64,000 bases of DNA, taken from NCBI GenBank assembly GCA_963720755.1, contig CAVRGP010000002.1, positions 96,001 to 160,000 on the forward strand, read 5' to 3'. Below, piece by piece: positions 48,587-57,295 of the stretch. The stretch's first letter is position 1, and the number at the start of each line of letters is the position of its first letter. A program made the position numbers and the translations under genes. Source of the DNA: an uncultured Chloroflexia bacterium (GTDB taxonomy: Bacteria > Chloroflexota > Limnocylindria > Limnocylindrales > CSP1-4). The notes beneath the pieces were generated by a model that was not told where the DNA came from, did no database searches, and saw only the letters and a program-made list of their open reading frames with translations.

Positions 48587-48648
48587 GCATCAACCACGAT
48601 TTATATCAATCGCCGTTGATGCTAGGACGTCGGCCTGTCCGGTGTCAA
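48587..48648 (-). promoter_or_regulatory. Promoter and ArsR-type operator of the inositol-lipid operon
   Basis: Minus strand TTGACA-N18-TAGCAT, overlapped by the inverted repeat GCATCAAC...GTTGATGC containing ATCAA-N6-TTGAT and ATAAA-N6-TTGAT. Confidence 0.75.
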
Positions 48649-48667
48649 GGGGTTCGCAGCGCGAGTG

Positions 48668-49195
48668 CTATAGCGCGGCAGCCGCGTCCTGTGGGTCAGT
48701 CGCGCGGGTGGACATCGCCAGCGCGATGGCGGCCGCCGCAAGCCAGGTGACAAACATGATGACGCCGCCTCCGACCACGAAGAGGATGACTCCAGCAATC
48801 GTCCCAGCCGGCACGAGAGCGAGAAGGCGGTAAAGACCACGACCCGTCCAGGCGATCAGGAGGCTCAGGATGACCAGTGCAACCAAGTTGATCATCTCGC
48901 CGAGGATGAAGACGAAGAAGACCCACTCGATACGCAGTCCGTCCTCGAAGACGTTGGCGACGCTCGAAAGAGCGACACCAGAACCTGCGACGAGCGACAG
49001 TCGGGTCACCCAGCGCCCGCCCACCATTCGGCCGAACACAGGGAGTGCGACCGCGAGCGTTAGCAACGCTCCGCTGAATCCGAGCACATGCGGCCATTCG
49101 CCCTGACTCGCAGTCGCCTCGAACGAGGGGTTCGCCACGACCCAATAGGCGAGGAAGGCGAACCCCGTGAGGGCAAAGAGCGCAGCACGTGCCAT
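48668..49195 (-). CDS. Hypothetical membrane protein (about 6 TM)
   Basis: Hydrophobic ORF starting MARAALFALTG; visibly more A/T-rich than its neighbours. Confidence 0.65.
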   Translation of the reverse strand: MARAALFALTGFAFLAYWVVANPSFEATASQGEWPHVLGFSGALLTLAVALPVFGRMVGGRWVTRLSLVAGSGVALSSVANVFEDGLRIEWVFFVFILGEMINLVALVILSLLIAWTGRGLYRLLALVPAGTIAGVILFVVGGGVIMFVTWLAAAAIALAMSTRATDPQDAAAAL

Positions 49196-49300
49196 AAGCA
49201 CGGAGTATGGGATGACGCCCGCCGGGATGTGCGACGTCCAGGACATGAAGCGGTCTGGGTCGCCCCCGGGCGCTTCGTCGACGACCACTACACTCCGTGG

Positions 49301-50974
49301 ATGGATCGACGGTCGGCAGTCGTGCTCCTCGCCGTCATCGGGCTCGGCGTCTTCCTGGCCGGTCTCGAGCTCATGGTCACCGCGGTGGCCCTGCCGTCGA
49401 TCCTGGCGGACCTGGCGGACCCGACTGGTGGCACGGCCTGGGCGGAGTTGCGCAAGGCAAGCTGGATCATCAACGGCTACCTGCTCGTCTACATCCTGAC
49501 GATGCCGATGGCCGGCCGACTGGCCGACCTGTGGGGCGCTCGCCGCCTGTTCATGGGCGCACTGGCGGTGTTCACGGTCGGATCGGTCCTCGCGGGCGCG
49601 TCGCAGACGCTCGACCAGCTGATCGCTGCGCGGCTCGTCCAGGCCATCGGTGGCGGCGTTCTCGTGCCGGTCGGCACGGCCGCCGCCGCGGCCTTGTTCG
49701 ACGGCGCGGCCCGCCCGAGGGCGCTCGGCGTGGTCGGTGCCCTGACGTTCCTCGGCATGGCGGCCGGTCCGGTCGTCGGCGCCGCGATCCTCGCTTCCGT
49801 GCACCCGTCAGCGGCGGTCGCGTCGATGGGTCTGACCGGGACGGCGATGGCCGATCTCATGGAGCCAGCCTGGCGCTGGGTCTTCTATCTCAACGTCCCG
49901 ATCGGGATCATCGCCATCGTCCTTGCCTGGGCGGCTCCGCCGGACTGGCGGATGCCCCGTCGCGAGGGACGGGTCGACCTCCCCGGCGCCATCCTGTTCG
50001 GGCTCGCGCTGCTTGCCGGCCTGCTCGGCCTGACGCTATTGGGCACGACCCAGATCGCCGAAACCGGGATCCCGCCGACGACCGTGATGGTCGTCCTGTT
50101 CGCGGTCGCGGCGACGGCGTCGGTCGTGGCCGTGCTGCGCGGACTCCGGATCGCGGACCCATTCCTCGACCCGCGCCTGTTCCGGAGCGTGCCGTTCAGT
50201 TCGTCTGCCCTCGTGTCGCTGATGACCGGCTACGCGTTCGCCACCGCGATCATCGGCGGCGCCGTGTTCGTCGATCGCGTCCTGTACGGAGGCCCCGATG
50301 ACCAACGGCTGGCGCTCGGGTCACTCGCGGCCGCGACGGCGATCGGCGCGCTCGTCTCCGGCTTCCTGGTCAGGATCGTATCGCTCCGGATCGTCGCCAC
50401 GGTCGGGATCGGGCTCGGCGTGATCGGCCTCGTCGCGATGTCGACATGGACGGCCGATACCGAGCTCCGGACGGTGTCGCTCGCGCTCGGCGTCTTCGGT
50501 CTGGGGTTCGGGTTGACCGTGACGCCACGTTCGACCGCCGCAGTCGAGGCGGCCGGGCGGCGGGCGTTCGGGACAGCTTCGGCCGTGGTCACGGTGGCCC
50601 GGATGCTGGGCATGGCCGTGGGGCTGGCGATCCTGACCGCCTACGGGTCCACGACGATCGATCGCCTCTACGAACAGGTCTACGCGACGCCGGACGCCTA
50701 CCTCCAGTACATCCCGGAGAGCCTCCACGACCGGCCCTTGCGCGACCCGCTCGTCGTCGGAGCGCTCGAGTCGTGGGCGTCGCGTGAGGCGGCATCGATC
50801 ATGGTCGGGCTCTTCCTGATCGCCGCTGCGGTCATGGCCGTCGCGCTCGTCCCGGCGCTGGCCCTCGGAGGGGCGGGTGCTCGGCGAGCGCGTATGCTGG
50901 GCGCTGCTCCGACCCCACCCGAAGGACCGCCGCCCGATGGCCTCGACCCGCCCGAACCCGGCCTCGCGCTCTGA
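49301..50974 (+). CDS. MFS transporter, DHA2 (14-TM) type
   Basis: Motifs WIINGYLL, GRLADLWGARR, ARLVQAIGGG and WRWVFYLNVPIG. Confidence 0.9.
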   Translation: MDRRSAVVLLAVIGLGVFLAGLELMVTAVALPSILADLADPTGGTAWAELRKASWIINGYLLVYILTMPMAGRLADLWGARRLFMGALAVFTVGSVLAGASQTLDQLIAARLVQAIGGGVLVPVGTAAAAALFDGAARPRALGVVGALTFLGMAAGPVVGAAILASVHPSAAVASMGLTGTAMADLMEPAWRWVFYLNVPIGIIAIVLAWAAPPDWRMPRREGRVDLPGAILFGLALLAGLLGLTLLGTTQIAETGIPPTTVMVVLFAVAATASVVAVLRGLRIADPFLDPRLFRSVPFSSSALVSLMTGYAFATAIIGGAVFVDRVLYGGPDDQRLALGSLAAATAIGALVSGFLVRIVSLRIVATVGIGLGVIGLVAMSTWTADTELRTVSLALGVFGLGFGLTVTPRSTAAVEAAGRRAFGTASAVVTVARMLGMAVGLAILTAYGSTTIDRLYEQVYATPDAYLQYIPESLHDRPLRDPLVVGALESWASREAASIMVGLFLIAAAVMAVALVPALALGGAGARRARMLGAAPTPPEGPPPDGLDPPEPGLAL

Positions 50975-52013
50975 CGACGGGTCGACCATCCCCATCACCG
51001 TCGAGCTCAAGCGAGCCGGTGCCCTGTCGAGGCGTGACGTCCCGGGGACCGTCAGGGTCACGGTCATCGACGGCGACGCGGTCCGGGAGGCGGAGGACCC
51101 GACTGCCCTGGCCGGGGTCGCCGACGAGCGCGCCAGGCCCGGGGCCGCCATCTGGATCGACCTGACGGCGCCATCCGCAGCGCAGGCCAGGGAGGTCGGC
51201 AAGGTCCTTGCGCTCCACCCACTCATCATCGAGGACGTGCTCGAGGGCAATCAGCGCGCCAAGATCGAATCGACGGACGGCGTCCTCCATATCGTCCTGT
51301 TCCACCTGGCCTACGGCGATGCGGTGATCGCCTCGGAGCTCGACATCGTGCTCGGGCCCGGCTACCTTCTGACGGTCCACGACTCGGACTGGGATCCGCG
51401 CTCCGGCCACCACCTGGCGGCCGGCGTGGAACCGGTGCTCCGGCACGGTCCCGACCACCTGCTGTGGGCCATCGCCGACGACCTCGTCGACGGCTATTTC
51501 CCGTTCGCCGACCTGATCGGCGATGCCATCGACGACGTCCAGGACGAGGTCGTCCGGCGAGCGACGCCGGACACCCTGGAGCGCCTGTTCAAGCTCAAGC
51601 GCGAGCTCATCGGCGTCCGCCGGGCGATCAGCCCGGTCCGCGAGGTCTTCAACCAGCTGACCAACCGTGACGAGCAATTCATCGACCCGGACGAGCTGGT
51701 CTACTTCCGCGACATCTACGATCACGTCATCCGGCTGACCGACGAACTCGACAACTACCGCGAGCTGGCATCGGCGACTCTGGACGTCTATCTCACCCAG
51801 GTCAACAACAACCTGTCGGTCATCATGAAGCGGCTGACCGGCGTCACCGTCATCCTCGCCGGGATCGCGGCCATCGCGGGGGTCTTCGGGATGAGCGAGG
51901 CCGGCGCGGCTGTCGGCGGTCACGAGGCTGGTGGGTTCTGGATGGTCACTGCGGCCGTGTTCGGACTCGCGGCGCTGGCTGCCGTCATCCTGCGGCGGAT
52001 CGACTGGATCTGA
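50937..52013 (+). CDS. corA: CorA-family Mg2+/Co2+ transporter
   Basis: Motifs LHPLIIED, YFRDIYDH, MKRLT and GVFGMS (a GMN variant). Confidence 0.88.
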   Translation: MASTRPNPASRSDDGSTIPITVELKRAGALSRRDVPGTVRVTVIDGDAVREAEDPTALAGVADERARPGAAIWIDLTAPSAAQAREVGKVLALHPLIIEDVLEGNQRAKIESTDGVLHIVLFHLAYGDAVIASELDIVLGPGYLLTVHDSDWDPRSGHHLAAGVEPVLRHGPDHLLWAIADDLVDGYFPFADLIGDAIDDVQDEVVRRATPDTLERLFKLKRELIGVRRAISPVREVFNQLTNRDEQFIDPDELVYFRDIYDHVIRLTDELDNYRELASATLDVYLTQVNNNLSVIMKRLTGVTVILAGIAAIAGVFGMSEAGAAVGGHEAGGFWMVTAAVFGLAALAAVILRRIDWI

Positions 52014-52881
52014 CCTCGCGCTCGAGCGCCGATGCCAGGGCGGACAGGGCTCGCGCGGCCTGGTGCGGGGTCGTGAACACGACGTCTGACATCGTTCGGA
52101 CCTCGTCGGGCATGCCGTGGGGCCCGATGACGCCGGCCGCCAGCCCCTGGATCGTGCCGGCGGCCCGGGCGTCGCGCAGGACCGCGAACCCGTCCGCATC
52201 GCTGAGATCGTCGCCGAAGGCGACGACTGCGGCCGGCGCACGCTCCTGCAGGAGTTCCTCGAACGCCTCGCGCTTGCCACCCGCCGTCCGCGGTCGGAGA
52301 TCCACGACCAGTCTGCCGCGATAGTGGGCCAGGTCGTGGGCGGGCAGGTCGCCGTCGACCGTCTCGATCGCGGCCTCGACGGCCGCCCGGGCCGCCGTCC
52401 GGTCTTCGGCCTGCCTGACGTGGAACGCCACCGAGGGGCCCTTGCGCTCGACGTACAGCCAGCGTGGTCGACCGAGCAGTGCCGGTACTCGATCGGCGAG
52501 GAGCTCGGCCGGCTCGATCGAGGCATCGTGGCCCGCGTGGAACGTCGTCGAGAGTCGGGCCGGGTCGCCGCCGCGAGGGAACGTCCCGCGCTGCAGCCCG
52601 TGATCCCCGAGATAGGTCACGCCTCCCACCCGGATCCTCATGGCCGCGTCGGCGGCCGTCCGGCCGGTCAGGACCACCACCGACAGCCGCCCCGGTCGTG
52701 CCACTGCGAGCCCGGCGAGACGCCGCAGCGAACGTTGGGCGAGCGGGACGATGACCGCGGCGCCCGGGTCTCGCGAACCCTCGGCCAGCGTGCCGTCGAA
52801 ATCGGCGATCACGAGGAGCGGCCCGGAGACCTCGGCCAGCCCGGCGACGGCCAGGATCGCGGCCCGATCCGTCCCGTTCAA
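51985..52881 (-). CDS. otsB: Trehalose-6-phosphate phosphatase (HAD family)
   Basis: Motifs ADFDGTLA, LTGR, GDHGL, ERKGPSVAFHVR and FGDDLSD; TTGA overlap with the upstream gene. Confidence 0.82.
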   Translation of the reverse strand: MNGTDRAAILAVAGLAEVSGPLLVIADFDGTLAEGSRDPGAAVIVPLAQRSLRRLAGLAVARPGRLSVVVLTGRTAADAAMRIRVGGVTYLGDHGLQRGTFPRGGDPARLSTTFHAGHDASIEPAELLADRVPALLGRPRWLYVERKGPSVAFHVRQAEDRTAARAAVEAAIETVDGDLPAHDLAHYRGRLVVDLRPRTAGGKREAFEELLQERAPAAVVAFGDDLSDADGFAVLRDARAAGTIQGLAAGVIGPHGMPDEVRTMSDVVFTTPHQAARALSALASALEREVRSSRSAAG

Positions 52882-53291
52882 GGGGTGACGTCGACTCCCG
52901 GCAGGATCGTCTTGCCGCCGACCTGGGTCACGGCGAGGGCCGATGCCGGTAGACCGACCTGGAGCGAGGTGGCCTCGACGGTGGCGCTGGGCCTGGCGGT
53001 GGCGCTGGGGCTGGCGCTGGGGCTGGGACTCGCGGTCGGGCCGGCCGTGGCGCCGGGGCTGGGGCTCGGGCTTGCGGTGGCGCTGGCCGTAGCGCCGGGG
53101 CTCGCCGTGGCGGCAGGGCTCGGCGCGAGCGATGCCGACGCCGACGGCGTCGCGGACGCGAGCGGCAGGGTCGGGGCGACGACCTGCGGCACCAGCGACT
53201 CGGGGGTGAGGCTGTAGATCCCGCCGAGCACCAGTCCGGCGACCGCGATCCCGACCACGAGGCCGGCGACGATCGAAAGGCGGGCCAACAT
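52878..53291 (-). CDS. Membrane-anchored Ser/Thr/Pro/Ala-rich protein
   Basis: N-terminal TM followed by ASPSPSPGATA-type low-complexity repeats. Confidence 0.65.
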   Translation of the reverse strand: MLARLSIVAGLVVGIAVAGLVLGGIYSLTPESLVPQVVAPTLPLASATPSASASLAPSPAATASPGATASATASPSPSPGATAGPTASPSPSASPSATARPSATVEATSLQVGLPASALAVTQVGGKTILPGVDVTP

Positions 53292-53361
53292 CTCGGGCGG
53301 AGGGTACCAGTACCAGCGGGCAAGGGCGATTTCGACGGCCCGCTGCTAGGATGCCGGTCCA

Positions 53362-54075
53362 ATGGGTCAACTCGCGGACTCGATCCGCATCCGGGTCATC
53401 CCGGCCGTCATCATCGCCCTCGGCGTGACGTTCCTCGCGGCGGGGATGCTGTCGTTCGCGACCCCGGTGACCGCCGACCCCTCCGCAACGCCGGTCGAGA
53501 CGGCCGTTGCCGTGGCCGATCCGACGCCGAGTCCGCTCATCACCCTGCCGCCGATCGGGTCCGGAGCGCCCACGACGGCAGCACCCTCCATCCCGGCCGA
53601 CCGCGTGGCCACCCGTGTCCGAGTCGCCGCCCTCGAGATCGACCTGCCGGTGATCGCCCCGACCGGCGGCTATCCGTACTGCAACGTGGCCCAGTACTTC
53701 GATGACAGCCGCCTCGGTCAGCCTGGAGAGGGCAAGGCCGTCTACCTCTACGGGCATGCCCGGACCGGGATGTTCCTGCCCCTCCTCGACGCGTCGAAGG
53801 TGGCGAGCGGCAAGAAGATGATCGGGATGGTCGTCGAGGTGTGGACCAGTGACGACCAGCGGTTCCTGTACGTCATCACCCAGGTTCGTCGCCACGTGCC
53901 GTATGACGAGGTGTTCACGAAGCCGTTCGCGGCCGACCACGAGCAGCTCTGGCTCCAGACGTCCGAAGGGGTCGGCACGCAGCCGAAGCTCCAGGTCGTG
54001 GCCGAGCCCCTGTCGCATGAGGCGGCACCGCACCGGGAGGCGAACCCCGTGCCCAGGCCGGTGACCTGCGGCTGA
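53362..54075 (+). CDS. Sortase-fold protein with Ser at the catalytic Cys position
   Basis: N-terminal TM, Pro/Thr linker, then RVRVAALEIDLPVI, YLYGHA and LWLQTS. Confidence 0.7.
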   Translation: MGQLADSIRIRVIPAVIIALGVTFLAAGMLSFATPVTADPSATPVETAVAVADPTPSPLITLPPIGSGAPTTAAPSIPADRVATRVRVAALEIDLPVIAPTGGYPYCNVAQYFDDSRLGQPGEGKAVYLYGHARTGMFLPLLDASKVASGKKMIGMVVEVWTSDDQRFLYVITQVRRHVPYDEVFTKPFAADHEQLWLQTSEGVGTQPKLQVVAEPLSHEAAPHREANPVPRPVTCG

Positions 54076-54152
54076 CCCGAGTTCGCTGGACGGTTCGGGT
54101 GCTGGCAGCCGGCGCCGGACCGTGGCCGGGCGTCAGCGCTGGAGCGCCTGCG

Positions 54153-55652
54153 CTAGCTCGGCAGCAGTTTGACGATCGACGCCGCGGCATCGCTGGCGGC
54201 ATCGAGGAGACCCGTCGGGAACAGGCCCAGGAGGATCGTGAGGGCCGCCGCCGCGGCCAGACCGGCCCACTGCAGGCCACCGTGCCGGACGGCAGACGCG
54301 TCAGCGACCGGGTCGCGCATGTACATGTAGACGACGACCCGCAGGTAGTAGAACGCGGCCACGGCGGCGTTGAGCACCGTGATGACGGCAAGGATCGTGA
54401 GCGGCCCGCCCGCTTCGACCGCGGCAAGGATGATGTTGGCCTTGGCGAAGAATCCGGCGGTCGGCGGGATCCCGACGAGCGACAGCAGGAACAGGGTCAT
54501 CAGGACGCCCATCAGCGGCTCCCGTCGGCCCAGACCCGCGAACGTCCCGAGGCTCGAGGTGACGCCCGTCCGCTTCTGGAGCGAGGCGATCACCGCGAAC
54601 GCACCGAGGTTCATGAACCCGTACGCGACCATGTAGAACAGCAGCGCCGCGATCCCGGCACCCTCGGGGTCCTGGGCCCAGGCAGCCAATCCGACGAGCA
54701 TGTAGCCGGTGTGAGCGATGGAGCTGTAGCCCAGCATCCGCTTGACGTTGTCCTGGGTGAGGGCCACGAGGTTCCCCAAGGTCATGGTGATCGTCGCGAG
54801 GACGATGACGACCGGTAGCCACCAATCGGCCAGCGGCCCGAGCGCTTCGACGAAGAGACGCAGGATGAGCGCGAACGCTCCCACCTTCGGCCCGACCGAG
54901 AGATACCCGGTGATCGGGGTCGGCGAGCCCTGATACGCGTCGGGCGTCCAGTAGTGGAAGGGGACGGCCGCGATCTTGAAGGCGACGCCGGTCGTGAGGA
55001 AGGCGAGGCCCATCGCCAGGCCGGGCGAGAGCGGGGCGCCGCCCGCCACGATGACCGACAACTGGGCGGCGATCACATCGAGCCGCATCGACCCGGTGAT
55101 GCCCCACACGAACGCCAGGCCGAACAGGAAGATCGCCGAGCTGAACGAACCCAGGAGGAAGTACTTGATCGCGCCTTCCGTCGAGTAGCCGTCGCTCTTG
55201 TGGAAGGCGGCCAGCAGATACCCCGGCAGGACCATCAACTCGAGGCCGATGAACAGCAGCAGGAGGTCGGCCGCAGCGGAGATGAGCATCGCGCCCGTCA
55301 TCGCGAAGACGAGGATCGCCGCGAATTCGGCGATCGGCAGACCCCGCGGAACGAGGTAGTCCGGCCCGAACAGGATGGTCATCGCGATGACCGCAACGAA
55401 CAGGACATCGAGGAACGTGGTCAGGGCGTCGACCTGATAGCTGCCGCCGAACGCGGTGCTCTGTGCGTCACCGGCGGAGACCGCCGCTCCCACCGTGATC
55501 GTCAGGAGCGCCGTGATCGCCAGCCCGGCCAGGGCGGTGAAGACCGCGACCGCGGTCCGGCCCGGCCGGATGAGATCGACGATCAGGATCGCTGCGGCTG
55601 TCAGGATCGCGGCGACGAACGGGCTGATCGTCACGAAGTCCTGCCAGCTCAA
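54153..55652 (-). CDS. nuoN: NADH-quinone oxidoreductase subunit N
   Basis: Motifs EGAIKYFLLG, FKIAAVPFHYWTPDAYQGSP and KRMLGYSSIAH. Confidence 0.95.
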   Translation of the reverse strand: MSWQDFVTISPFVAAILTAAAILIVDLIRPGRTAVAVFTALAGLAITALLTITVGAAVSAGDAQSTAFGGSYQVDALTTFLDVLFVAVIAMTILFGPDYLVPRGLPIAEFAAILVFAMTGAMLISAAADLLLLFIGLELMVLPGYLLAAFHKSDGYSTEGAIKYFLLGSFSSAIFLFGLAFVWGITGSMRLDVIAAQLSVIVAGGAPLSPGLAMGLAFLTTGVAFKIAAVPFHYWTPDAYQGSPTPITGYLSVGPKVGAFALILRLFVEALGPLADWWLPVVIVLATITMTLGNLVALTQDNVKRMLGYSSIAHTGYMLVGLAAWAQDPEGAGIAALLFYMVAYGFMNLGAFAVIASLQKRTGVTSSLGTFAGLGRREPLMGVLMTLFLLSLVGIPPTAGFFAKANIILAAVEAGGPLTILAVITVLNAAVAAFYYLRVVVYMYMRDPVADASAVRHGGLQWAGLAAAAALTILLGLFPTGLLDAASDAAASIVKLLPS

Positions 55653-57295
55653 TGCGCGGCCCCGCCTTCGGGTTCCAGGGCGACCCGCGGCCGGGTCAGG
55701 ACCCAGCCGATCCGGGCCACGACGAAGATGACGACCAGGGCCCCGAAGCCGATCGGCGCCGCGATCGGGATGTCGATCGCGGATGCGGGCTCGACGGCGG
55801 CCAGCGTCTCCCGCACCGTGCCGGAGAACAGGTCGAGCAGAAGTCCAGGCTGGATCCCGAAGATGACCACCAGGGTCCCGAGCGGGACAAGGGTCAGGAT
55901 CTCGACCGGGTTCATGTCGGTCAGATGGTCACCGAGGCCTGCCAGGAAATCGGACAGCTCGCCGAACACGACCCGGCCGTACATGTACAGGAGGTAGCCG
56001 GCGGCCAGGATCATGACGAATGCCGCGACCGCGGCCGCGTACGGATCCGCCTCGAAGGTCCCGACCAGGACCAGGAATTCGCCGACGAAGCCCGACAGTC
56101 CGGGCAGGCCGGCGGAGGCGAACACGAAGAACCCGAAGACGGCCGCGTAGACCGGCGTCCGGGCGGACAACCCGCCCATCTTGGCGATCGTCCGGTCATG
56201 GGTCCGCTCGTAGATGACGCCGACCAGCAGGAACAGCGCCCCCGTGATGAGGCCGTGATTGATCATCTGCAGGATCGCGCCCTGGAGCCCCTGCTGGGTG
56301 AAGACGAAGATCCCCAGGGTCACGAACCCCATGTGGCTGACCGATGAGTACGCCACCAGTCGCTTGAGATCCGGCTGGACGAGGGCCACGATCGCCCCGT
56401 AGATGATCGCGATGAGCGACAGCACGATGATCGCCGGCGCGAAGGTGTCCGCGGCGGACGGGTAGAGCGGCAGCGCGAACCGGATGAAACCATAGGCGCC
56501 GAGTTTCAGCATGATCGCCGCCAGCATCACCGAGCCTGCTGTCGGCGCCTCGGTATGGGCGTCGGGCAGCCAGGTGTGGAACGGGAACATCGGCACCTTG
56601 ATCGCAAAGGCCAGGAAGAAGGCGAGGAACGCCAGCAGCTGCAAGCCGTCGGCGAAGCCACCGGTCGCGGCATACGCCCGAAGCGCTTCGAAGTCGAAGG
56701 CGCCGACCCACGACCCGTCGTGACCCGACTGATAGGCGAACGCGGTCGCCAGGATCGCCACCAGCATCAGGAGCGACCCGACCAGCGTGTACAGGACGAA
56801 CTTGATCGTGGCGTAGATCCGATTGGAGCCGCCCCAGATCCCGATGATCAGATACATCGGGACCAGGACGATCTCCCAGAAGATGTAGAACAGGAACGTG
56901 TCGAGGGCAAGGAATACGCCGATCAGCCCGACCTCGAGGATGAGGAAGGAGATCATGTATTCCTTGATCCGGGTCTGGATCGGCTTGAAGCTCGCCAGGA
57001 TCGCGATCCAGCTGAGCAGGGTCGTGAGGACGACCAGGCCGACCGACAGGCCGTCGGCACCAACCTTGTACTGGATCCCGAAGGCCGGGATCCAGTCGAC
57101 GGCCTCGACGAACTGGAACCCGGGCCGTCCCGGCAGGTAGCCGACCAGGAGGAGCAGGGACACGACGAATGTGAGGAGCGCGAAGGCCAGCGCCGTCGCA
57201 CGCGCAGCCGAGGGTGGCGCGATCGCGATGACCAGGGCGCCGATCAGCGGCAGGAAGGTGACGATCGACAGGATCGGGATCGTGCTGACGTCCAT
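55649..57295 (-). CDS. nuoM: NADH-quinone oxidoreductase subunit M
   Basis: Motifs FYIFWE, IKVPMFPFHTWLPDAHTEAP and AYSSVSHMG. Confidence 0.95.
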   Translation of the reverse strand: MDVSTIPILSIVTFLPLIGALVIAIAPPSAARATALAFALLTFVVSLLLLVGYLPGRPGFQFVEAVDWIPAFGIQYKVGADGLSVGLVVLTTLLSWIAILASFKPIQTRIKEYMISFLILEVGLIGVFLALDTFLFYIFWEIVLVPMYLIIGIWGGSNRIYATIKFVLYTLVGSLLMLVAILATAFAYQSGHDGSWVGAFDFEALRAYAATGGFADGLQLLAFLAFFLAFAIKVPMFPFHTWLPDAHTEAPTAGSVMLAAIMLKLGAYGFIRFALPLYPSAADTFAPAIIVLSLIAIIYGAIVALVQPDLKRLVAYSSVSHMGFVTLGIFVFTQQGLQGAILQMINHGLITGALFLLVGVIYERTHDRTIAKMGGLSARTPVYAAVFGFFVFASAGLPGLSGFVGEFLVLVGTFEADPYAAAVAAFVMILAAGYLLYMYGRVVFGELSDFLAGLGDHLTDMNPVEILTLVPLGTLVVIFGIQPGLLLDLFSGTVRETLAAVEPASAIDIPIAAPIGFGALVVIFVVARIGWVLTRPRVALEPEGGAAH

